A stretch of 64,000 nucleotides of DNA from an uncultured Acidobacteriota bacterium (GTDB lineage: Bacteria; Acidobacteriota; Thermoanaerobaculia; Gp7-AA8): positions 1,216,001 to 1,280,000 of the forward strand of contig CAWGHO010000003.1 of NCBI GenBank assembly GCA_963822445.1, read 5' to 3'. The notes under the pieces were generated by a model. That model searched no databases. It saw only the letters and a program-made list of their open reading frames with translations, and had not been told where the DNA came from. Below, one piece after another: positions 9,625 to 17,149 of this stretch. The position numbers were made by a program, and so were the translations under genes. Every line of letters starts with the position of its first letter. Position 1 is the stretch's first letter.

Positions 9625-10164
9625 ATGTCCAGACTGACCAGACTCACCAGAGACCAGGTATCCGGCGACGTTCGCGAGCTTTACGAGACCGTCGGCCAGG
9701 CCCGCGGGAACGTGCCGAACATGTTCCGGGTCTATGCCCATCGTCCGGAGTTGCTGAAGACCATGGTTGCGCACCTGAACGCCGTCACGAACAGTGGCAC
9801 CGTGCCCGTGCGGACGAAAGAGCTCGTGGCCACGCTCGTCTCGCGCATCAACCACTGCGAGTATTGAAACCGCTCGCACACCGCGCAGGCTGCGCGGTTC
9901 GGAGCGGGTGACGAGCAGCTCTCGCAGCTGCTCGATTACGAGCACGGTCCTTTCACCGACGCGGAGAAAGCGGCCCTGGCGTATGCCGAGCGGCTGACGC
10001 TCGATCCTCACGGGATCGACGACGTGCTGTTCGCGCGGCTGCGCGAGCATTACGACGAAGGGGAGATCGTGGAGATCTCGGCGATGGCGGGACTGTTCAA
10101 CTACTTCAACCGCGTCAACGACGCCTTGCAGATGCAGCCGACCCAGCCGGGAGAAGGATTGTGA
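9625..10164 (+). CDS. AhpD/carboxymuconolactone decarboxylase-family peroxidase, probable selenoprotein (UGA at 9865-9867)
   Basis: VSRINHCEY-UGA-NRSH, then the frame stays open with typical CMD C-terminus (EKAALAYAERLT...EIVEI...FNYFNRVNDAL) and ends in a GTGA overlap with the next gene. Confidence 0.88.
9870..9907 (+). promoter_or_regulatory. Candidate bacterial SECIS hairpin
   Basis: CCGCTC..ACCGCGCAG-G-CTGCGCGGT..GAGCGG stem immediately 3' of the UGA. Confidence 0.7.
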
Positions 10165-11237
10165 GACGCGCGTTCCTGATGCTTTTGCTCGTCACGGCCT
10201 GCGCGAAAAAAGAGATGAGCGTCGCCGTCGTCGATCTTCCGGCCGGCGCGGTCGTCCCGTACGTCTCCGGCGATGGCGCGATCAGCTACATGGACGACAA
10301 GGCCAAGGCTTTCCGCATGATCACCTACCGCGACGGCCAGTTTTCGGAGCCGCGCACGATCGCGACCGACGAGGCGATGCTGATCAATCGCGCCGACTTT
10401 CCGTCGATCTCCGCCAACGGCAAGGACGTCGTTGCCGCATGGTCGACGCGGAAAGAGCATGGCTCGATCGTGCATGTCGCGAAATCGAGCGACGGCGGCG
10501 CAACGTGGTCCTCGCCGCGCACTCCGCATCCCGACGTCATCTCCCAGTTCGGCTTCGTCGCCCTGGCCGGCGAGGACTTCGTGTTTCTCGACGGGCGGAA
10601 GCTCGAAGGAGGCATGGAAGGAAACGGGGAGATGGAGTTGCGCGCGAGCGACGGCACAGCCCTCGATCCGCGCGTATGCGATTGCTGTCAGACCGCGATC
10701 GCCACAACCAGCGAGGGTCCGGTCGTCGCGTACCGCGACCGTTCGGCGGATGAAGTTCGCGACATCTCCATCGTCCGCAAGACGGCAACGGGATGGACGC
10801 AGCCGAAGGCCCTCAACGCCGACGGCTGGAAGATCCCCGGCTGTCCGGTGAACGGACCGCAGCTCGATGCCGATGGAAAACGCGTCGTGGCGGCCTGGTT
10901 CACCGGCGCGAACAACGATCCTCGCGTTTACGTCGCGTTTTCCGAGGACGCCGGTGCAACGTTCGGCAAGCCGATTCGCGTCGACGGCGGTCAGGCCGCT
11001 GGTCGCGTCGACGCTGTTCTCCTTCCCGACGGATCCGCGGCCGTGACCTGGGTCGCCCAGACCGGCGGCAAGTCCCAGCTCCACCTCCGCCGCATCAACC
11101 CCGACGCCACCCTCGGCAACCCGATTCCTCTCGGCGAATGCACCGGATTTCCGCGCGCCGCCGTTTGGGATGAGAATGTCGCCGTCGTCTGGAGCAGGCC
11201 CGGCGGCGCACACCTGGCAATCATCGAAAGGCTTTGA
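10161..11237 (+). CDS. BNR/Asp-box (sialidase-like) lipoprotein
   Basis: Lipobox VTAC; Asp boxes SSDGGATW and SEDAGATF; VCDCCQT and GCPVNGP. Confidence 0.75.
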   Translation: MRRAFLMLLLVTACAKKEMSVAVVDLPAGAVVPYVSGDGAISYMDDKAKAFRMITYRDGQFSEPRTIATDEAMLINRADFPSISANGKDVVAAWSTRKEHGSIVHVAKSSDGGATWSSPRTPHPDVISQFGFVALAGEDFVFLDGRKLEGGMEGNGEMELRASDGTALDPRVCDCCQTAIATTSEGPVVAYRDRSADEVRDISIVRKTATGWTQPKALNADGWKIPGCPVNGPQLDADGKRVVAAWFTGANNDPRVYVAFSEDAGATFGKPIRVDGGQAAGRVDAVLLPDGSAAVTWVAQTGGKSQLHLRRINPDATLGNPIPLGECTGFPRAAVWDENVAVVWSRPGGAHLAIIERL

Positions 11238-11242
11238 AACGG

Positions 11243-11818
11243 ATGAAAAGACTCGGAGTGACTCTGGCCATCGCGATGCTCGTGGCGACGGCGTGCAAAC
11301 GTGAAGAGAAGGCCGAGCAGCCGGCACGGACGTTCGACAAACCGGGCAAGGCCACCTCGACGCGACCGGCGCCACCGCCGCCCGCTGCAGGCACCGAGGT
11401 CGGGTCGATGATGCCGGAGTACTCGGCGATGTGGCTGGACGGCTCGAAGTTCGAGCTGGAGACGCGCAAGGGAAACGTGGTGCTGCTCAACCTCTGGGCG
11501 ACGTGGTGCGGGCCGTGCCGCTACGAGATTCCCGAGCTGCAGACCATTCACGACAAGTACGCCGCGAAGAAGTTCGAGGTCATCGGGGTGAGCGTCGACG
11601 AGAGCGGCGTGGAATCGGTGCGCGATTTCGTGAAGGAACACGAGATGCGCTATCCGATCGTGCTCGATGCCGAGGGGAAGCTGGCCAACGTGTTTCAGAC
11701 CTCGGTGTTGCCGACCTCGGTGGTCATCGATCGAACGGGGAAGATCGTCTGGAAGAAATTCGGCGCGATCATGCCCAACGACGCGGAACTGACGAAAGCG
11801 ATCGAGTCGGCGTTGTAG
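11243..11818 (+). CDS. TlpA-family thioredoxin-like lipoprotein
   Basis: NLWATWCGPC; lipobox VATAC. Confidence 0.92.
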   Translation: MKRLGVTLAIAMLVATACKREEKAEQPARTFDKPGKATSTRPAPPPPAAGTEVGSMMPEYSAMWLDGSKFELETRKGNVVLLNLWATWCGPCRYEIPELQTIHDKYAAKKFEVIGVSVDESGVESVRDFVKEHEMRYPIVLDAEGKLANVFQTSVLPTSVVIDRTGKIVWKKFGAIMPNDAELTKAIESAL

Positions 11819-11973
11819 TGAGAGTTTATCCTTCGCGCGGGCGGGGGTCGGGGGCGCGCGGAGGATCTACGGTTACACCGCGACGGCCGGAGCGACAGGC
11901 GCTGCACGTTGGGCCACGGCGTTGCCGGTGTGACCGTAGATCCTCCGTCGCTGCGCGCCGAAGGATTGAGTGG

Positions 11974-12171
11974 TTACGTCCTACGCCGGTCGGGCGTCTC
12001 GCGGGCGATGGTCCGCCGGTCGCGCTGCCGCTGAATGAACTCCCGGATGTTTCGCGCCATCTGTCCCATCAGCAGGCGCATCGGGATGTACGCGAGACCG
12101 ATAGCGATGGCGAGCGCTACCGCGAGTGCAACAATCAGAACCAGAAGTGACGTCATCGAACCATGCCTCAC
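11974..12171 (-). CDS. Small membrane protein
   Basis: One hydrophobic helix plus basic DRR tail. Confidence 0.55.
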   Translation of the reverse strand: MRHGSMTSLLVLIVALAVALAIAIGLAYIPMRLLMGQMARNIREFIQRQRDRRTIARETPDRRRT

Positions 12172-12214
12172 TCTCTGAATAGCAAGCCGCCTGCCGAACG
12201 TTGCGCTGTCAGAA

Positions 12215-13300
12215 ATGGGTGAGATTTACGACACACTGGCGATCGACGAGCGGCTGCACGAGCCGCTTCGCGCGGCTTTGCGAGGCGAATCTGCCGCGTG
12301 GCCGGCAGATCTGACCGCGGACGAGATCGAGGCGCTGATCGAACACGGCGTCGTGCCGCTGGTTTACCGCGTCGTGCATTTGCCGCAATTGCGCGAGCTG
12401 GCCATCCGCGCCGCGGGAGTCGAGCCGCAGCGCCTCGCCGATCTGCGCGAAGTTCTCGAGGCGCTGGCGAAACGCGGGGTCGATGCGCTCATCCTCAAAG
12501 GCAGCGCGCTCGCGTACGAGATCTACGACGCGCCGGAGCTCCGCCCCCGCGGCGACACCGATCTGCTGATTTCGCGCGAGGCTTTGGAAGCGACTCGCGA
12601 AGCGCTGGCTGGTCTCGGATTCGAGGAGATTCCGGGCAGCGGCGACGAGCATGGCGTTCGCCAGGCGCTGTTCACACGCGGACCGCATACCTACGACGTT
12701 CACTGGTCGGTCGCCAACACTGCCGTTTTGCAGGGGGTTTTGCCGTTCGACGAGGTTCGCCGGCGCGCGGTGCCGTTGCCGCGCATTTCCGAGCATGGCC
12801 GCGGCCTGTCGCACGTCGACGCGCTTCTGCTCGCGTGCGTGCATCGCGTCGCCCATCACCACGACAGCGATCGCCTGATCTGGCTGTGCGACATCGCACT
12901 GCTGCGCGATCGGATGTCCGCGGAGGAGCATCAACAGTTCTGGCAGCTCGCGTCGGAACGGTGGATCGTCGGGATTTGTGAGCGGGCCGTGGAGCTGGCC
13001 GATGAGTGGATGTCACGCCCACCGCGGCATCGCGCCGAAAATTATTTATCCGAGGATGGGATCCGCCGCGATGAGCCTTCGCGCGTGCTGATGAACCGCC
13101 GCATTACCCGCGGTCGAGTCCTCGCCGCGAATCTGCGCGCATTGCCGTGGCGATCGCGGGCGCGCAGGATGTGGCAGCTCGCGTTTCCGCCGGCCTCGTT
13201 CGTCAAACGGAGCTTCGGCACGCGGAACCGGCTCGCGCTGCCATGGCTGTACGTGTACAGGGGAGCGAGAGGGATCGTGCGGTTGTTGCGGCGCGTTTAA
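12215..13300 (+). CDS. RiPP-associated nucleotidyltransferase (NTP_transf_5-like), copy 1
   Basis: LKGSALA...RPRGDTDLL...DVHW...LIWLCDI. Confidence 0.85.
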   Translation: MGEIYDTLAIDERLHEPLRAALRGESAAWPADLTADEIEALIEHGVVPLVYRVVHLPQLRELAIRAAGVEPQRLADLREVLEALAKRGVDALILKGSALAYEIYDAPELRPRGDTDLLISREALEATREALAGLGFEEIPGSGDEHGVRQALFTRGPHTYDVHWSVANTAVLQGVLPFDEVRRRAVPLPRISEHGRGLSHVDALLLACVHRVAHHHDSDRLIWLCDIALLRDRMSAEEHQQFWQLASERWIVGICERAVELADEWMSRPPRHRAENYLSEDGIRRDEPSRVLMNRRITRGRVLAANLRALPWRSRARRMWQLAFPPASFVKRSFGTRNRLALPWLYVYRGARGIVRLLRRV

Positions 13301-13677
13301 ACCGGCACTTCGTCTTCCGCGCACTGGCGGACATGCTCGATCAGCTGGCTGATGTCGAACGGCTTCGACAGCACGCGGAACACCGGCCTGGCCTCCGCCG
13401 CTTCGCTGCCGCCCTGCATGTTCGCGGTCATCACGATCACCGGCGCGGGCGCGGGGTGCTGCTCCAGGAACCGCAGCACGCCGTGGCCGTCCACGCGGGG
13501 CATCATCAGGTCCAACAGGACCGTGGCGTAGTCGTTACGAGTCAGTTTCTCGATGGCCTCGAATCCGTCACGGGCGCTCTCGACTTCGAATTGTTCACGG
13601 CGCAAAACGCGCTCGACCATCGTCCGAATGGCGTCGTCATCATCGACGACCAGGATGGGTTTTCGTTTCTCCGACAA
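13297..13677 (-). CDS. Single-domain response regulator
   Basis: ILVVDDD...LLDLMMP...MTA...LSKPF; TTG start after GGAGG. Confidence 0.88.
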   Translation of the reverse strand: MSEKRKPILVVDDDDAIRTMVERVLRREQFEVESARDGFEAIEKLTRNDYATVLLDLMMPRVDGHGVLRFLEQHPAPAPVIVMTANMQGGSEAAEARPVFRVLSKPFDISQLIEHVRQCAEDEVPV

Positions 13678-13743
13678 CCGGGCCTCCCCGGGCCCAACCA
13701 AAGCAAACGGATTGCCAGCCGGATGACGTATCTTGGAGACGTT

Positions 13744-14073
13744 ATGAGCACTCTGGCCAAAGAGAAATGCGTTCCCTGCCGCGGCGGCGAGCCACCCATG
13801 CAGGGCCGGCTTCTGCGCGAGCTCGAGGGCCAGCTCGGGCCCGGCTGGAAGGTCGTCGTCGACCATCATCTTGAAAAAGAGATCGATTTTCCCGATTTCG
13901 CCACGGGGCTGGCCTACGTCAACCGCGTCGGAGCGCTGGCCGAGGAGGAAGGGCACCATCCCGACCTCTTCCTGGCCTGGGGAAAAGTGCGCATTTCGAT
14001 CTATACCCACAAGGTCGATGGCCTGACCCGCAGCGACTTCATCCTGGCCGCCAAGATCGATCAGCTAGAATGA
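13744..14073 (+). CDS. Pterin-4-alpha-carbinolamine dehydratase
   Basis: CVPCRGG...AEEEGHHPD...THKVDGLT..DFILAAKID. Confidence 0.92.
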   Translation: MSTLAKEKCVPCRGGEPPMQGRLLRELEGQLGPGWKVVVDHHLEKEIDFPDFATGLAYVNRVGALAEEEGHHPDLFLAWGKVRISIYTHKVDGLTRSDFILAAKIDQLE

Positions 14074-14390
14074 GTCCGGTCCAGATGCCCGAAACGATGA
14101 TTGATGGAGCCCGTGTGTACCGTCACGCGGACGATGTGATCTGCCGTCAGGTCGGCACGGAGTCGATCCTCGTCCCGATCAAGAACAACGTGGGCAGCCT
14201 CGACTACATCTACACGCTCTCGGAGGTCGCGGCGCGGATCTGGGCGCTCCTCGACGGGACGCGCTCGATCGACGAAGTGGTGAGCACCATCTGTGAGGAG
14301 TACGAGGTAACCCGGGAGCAGGCAGCCGCTGACGTGGCTGAGCTCGTCTCGGATCTCGAGAACGTGTCGCTTGTTTTGCAGAAGAGCTGA
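14070..14390 (+). CDS. PqqD-family RiPP recognition element (RRE)
   Basis: IYTLSEVAARIWALLDG...ICEEYEV...ADVAELV; directly upstream of the radical SAM gene. Confidence 0.9.
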   Translation: MSPVQMPETMIDGARVYRHADDVICRQVGTESILVPIKNNVGSLDYIYTLSEVAARIWALLDGTRSIDEVVSTICEEYEVTREQAAADVAELVSDLENVSLVLQKS

Positions 14391-14394
14391 ATCA

Positions 14395-15651
14395 ATGATC
14401 GAAACGCGCCAATATTCGGACTTCAGCAGATCGGTTTTCGGGGCCGTCACGTCTATGCGCATCCCGATGAACGGAACGATCGAGATCTCGAATCGCTGCC
14501 CGCTCGAATGCGCGCACTGCTACAACAACCTGCCGATGAACGACGCGTCGGCCCGGAAGCGCGAGCTCACCACCGAGGAGCATTACAAGCTCCTCGACGA
14601 GCTGTCCGAGCTGGGAACCCTCTGGCTGCTCTTCACCGGCGGCGAGATTTTCGCGCGCCATGACTTCCTCGACATCTACCGCTACGCCAAGAAGCGCGGC
14701 TTCCTGATCACGCTCTTCACGAACGGCACGATGATCACCGAGCGCATCGCCGATGAGCTGGCGCGCATCCGGCCGTTCACGATCGAGATCACGCTCTACG
14801 GCCGCACCAAAGCGACGTACGAAGCGCTCACCGGCGTTCCGGGCTCGTTCGAGAAATGCATCCGCGGCATCCATCTGCTGCTCGAGCGCAAGCTGCCGCT
14901 CAAGCTGAAGACCGTCGCCCTGACGATCAACAAGCACGAGATCCAGGCCATGAAGCGCTTCGCCGAGGAGCTGGGCTGCGAGTTCAAGTTCGATCCGATG
15001 ATCAACCCGCGCATAGATTGCTCTGCGAGTCCGCTCGCCGTGCGGTTGACGCCGGAGGACATCGTCGGCCTCGATCTCGACGAGCCGAAGCGCGTCACGG
15101 AATGGCGCCGCATGGCGCTCGACTTCGCGGTCGTGCACCCGGAAGGGGAAACGCCGAAGGTTTACGACTGCGGCGGCGGGATGAACTCGTTCGCCATCGA
15201 TCCTTACGGCGAGCTGACGATCTGCGTGCTCTCGCACCAGGACACCTACAACGTCCGCAACGGCGTCCGCGACGGCTGGGAGAACTTCATCGGCAAGGTG
15301 CGCAACAAGCGCATCACCCGCGTCACCAAATGCACGAACTGCCAACTCAAGTCCCTGTGCGGCTCGTGCGCGGCGACGGCGGAGCTGGAGATGGGTGATC
15401 CCGAGGCGCCGGTCGATTTTCTCTGCAAGACCGCGCATCTGCGCGCGGAAGTCTTCGACGTGCCGGTGACCCCGCACGGCGACTGCGAATACTGCGGCGA
15501 TCAGAAAGAAACGATCACGACGATGGCCGAGCGCGTCCGCGCGAGGCGTTCGGGCGATCTGGCCGAGGCCATTGCCGCAACGCCGATGGCGGCCATGGAA
15601 GCGAAGGGCGGATGCGGACCGTCCTGCGGCAGTTGTTCGGTCGGGCGATAA
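14395..15651 (+). CDS. Radical SAM/SPASM peptide maturase
   Basis: CPLECAHC (CxxxCxxC), TGGE, TNG; SPASM-like YDCGGG...C...CTNCQLKSLCGSC...C; Cys-rich tail. Confidence 0.93.
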   Translation: MIETRQYSDFSRSVFGAVTSMRIPMNGTIEISNRCPLECAHCYNNLPMNDASARKRELTTEEHYKLLDELSELGTLWLLFTGGEIFARHDFLDIYRYAKKRGFLITLFTNGTMITERIADELARIRPFTIEITLYGRTKATYEALTGVPGSFEKCIRGIHLLLERKLPLKLKTVALTINKHEIQAMKRFAEELGCEFKFDPMINPRIDCSASPLAVRLTPEDIVGLDLDEPKRVTEWRRMALDFAVVHPEGETPKVYDCGGGMNSFAIDPYGELTICVLSHQDTYNVRNGVRDGWENFIGKVRNKRITRVTKCTNCQLKSLCGSCAATAELEMGDPEAPVDFLCKTAHLRAEVFDVPVTPHGDCEYCGDQKETITTMAERVRARRSGDLAEAIAATPMAAMEAKGGCGPSCGSCSVGR

Positions 15652-15663
15652 TCAGGAGAGACG

Positions 15664-15843
15664 ATGAAAAATCAGAACGGTCAGCGCAACGGCAAGAAAC
15701 CATACGAGCGTCCGGTCGTGGCCCGCTTCGAGCTGCGCACCGAGGAAGCAGTCCTCGGATTCTGCAAGACCGACGGCACTTCCGGCCCGAGCAACGTCGG
15801 CGGCTGCATCAACGTCAACGTCTGCCGCATCAACGGCTCGTAG
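15664..15843 (+). CDS. RiPP precursor, 59 aa, Cys-rich core (below ORF cutoff)
   Basis: AGGAG RBS; MKNQNGQRNGKKPYERPVVARFELRTEEAVLGFCKTDGTSGPSNVGGCINVNVCRINGS; YxxP leader motif; sits between the rSAM and kinase genes. Confidence 0.9.
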   Translation: MKNQNGQRNGKKPYERPVVARFELRTEEAVLGFCKTDGTSGPSNVGGCINVNVCRINGS

Positions 15844-15848
15844 ACGCC

Positions 15849-16712
15849 GTGTCCGACGATCACTTCCTGCAGATCGGCGGGATCACGATCGCCCTCCGCT
15901 GCACGGACGATCGCGTGCGCTGGCAATGGAGCCCCGCGACCCACCGCTTCCTGATCTCCCCCCAACACGCCGACGTCGAGATCGAAGTCGGCGTTCTCGA
16001 TTCAGCGTTCCCCACCGGTGGTGAGCTCGTCTTCGATTCCGGCGCGGTCTGGCGGATGTACCGCGACGGCGACGGTTACCGCATCGAGTGCTACTCCGAT
16101 TCGTTCGAAGCAGGTCCCTACAAAGTCGCGCGTTTCGATTCGTCGTTTACCCGCGGCGAGATTCGCATCCGCCCCGACATTCTTCCACTCCAGCTCGCAC
16201 CGATCGACTACCCCCTCGACGAGCTGCTCATGGTCAACCTCCTCGGCCGCAACCGCGGTGTGGAGCTCCACTCCTGCGGTGTGATCGATCACGCCGGCCG
16301 CGGCCATCTCTTCGTCGGCATGTCCGGCGCCGGTAAAAGCACGACCGCGCACTTGTGGGAAGGCGCGTCGCACGGAGTCGTGAGCGATGACCGGGTGATC
16401 CTCCGCGAGGAGGATGGCGCGTTGTGGATGTATGGGACGCCGTGGCATGGCGAGGCCGAGCTGTCGATGGCGACGCGCGCGCCGCTCGTGGATGTCTATC
16501 TGCTCGTGCAGGCCGGGGCGAACGAGATTCGACCGATTCCGCATGCGGAATCGGTGGCGCGTCTGTTCGGCTGCGCCTTCCCGCCGTTCTACGACGCGCC
16601 GTCGGTCGATTACACGCTCGGGTTTCTCGACCGGCTGGTGAATGCCCTTCCCGTTCGCGAGCTGCGCTTCGTTCGCGATCGAAGCGTCGTCGACCTGGTG
16701 CTCGCGGCATGA
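15849..16712 (+). CDS. HPr-kinase-like P-loop protein, copy 1
   Basis: LHSCGV...GMSGAGKST...VSDDR...GTPWHG. Confidence 0.82.
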   Translation: MSDDHFLQIGGITIALRCTDDRVRWQWSPATHRFLISPQHADVEIEVGVLDSAFPTGGELVFDSGAVWRMYRDGDGYRIECYSDSFEAGPYKVARFDSSFTRGEIRIRPDILPLQLAPIDYPLDELLMVNLLGRNRGVELHSCGVIDHAGRGHLFVGMSGAGKSTTAHLWEGASHGVVSDDRVILREEDGALWMYGTPWHGEAELSMATRAPLVDVYLLVQAGANEIRPIPHAESVARLFGCAFPPFYDAPSVDYTLGFLDRLVNALPVRELRFVRDRSVVDLVLAA

Positions 16713-17149
16713 CTCTCGAGGCCGCGGACGTGATCGCGGACCTGCTCGCGCGCGGCCACTCCGTGCGCTTTCGCGCGACCGGCCACAGCATGCATCCGAT
16801 CATCCGCTGCGACGACTACCTGCTCGTCGAGCCGGTTTCGACCATCGTCCGCGGCAGCGTGGTGCTGACGCTCGCCGAACGTGGATTGACGGCGCATCGC
16901 GTGGTCGAAGTCGCGGATGGAATGGTCGTGACGTGCGGCGACAACGTCACCGGTCCGGATCCAGCGATTGAAAGTTCGCGCGTGTTGGGCGTGGTCACGC
17001 ACGCGGAGCGGAACGGCCGGACGCGGCGGGTGATCGCTTTGTCAGGTGTCGCGCTGAACGTGTGGCGATTCGCGTTGCGGGCGCTAATCCACTTTGCGCC
17101 GGACGCTCATCTCCGACGTGTTCCCCGTCGCGTCGATGGCGATCGCTGA
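16709..17149 (+). CDS. S24/S26 signal-peptidase-like protease (candidate leader peptidase)
   Basis: ATGHSMHP (Ser) ... AHRVV ... TCGDN; ATGA-coupled to the kinase. Confidence 0.8.
   Translation: MTLEAADVIADLLARGHSVRFRATGHSMHPIIRCDDYLLVEPVSTIVRGSVVLTLAERGLTAHRVVEVADGMVVTCGDNVTGPDPAIESSRVLGVVTHAERNGRTRRVIALSGVALNVWRFALRALIHFAPDAHLRRVPRRVDGDR

Noticed and set aside
9619-9867. 82-aa truncated protein or nonsense pseudogene
   Set aside because: The UGA aligns with the catalytic Cys, the frame continues, and a hairpin follows; Sec readthrough fits better.
13297-14073. Response regulator and pterin dehydratase as RiPP tailoring genes
   Set aside because: No known role in RiPP maturation; treated as interspersed genes, although the dehydratase overlaps the PqqD start.
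14070-15651. PQQ biosynthesis (pqqD/pqqE)
   Set aside because: No pqqA ExxxY peptide, pqqB or pqqC; the adjacent precursor is Cys-rich.
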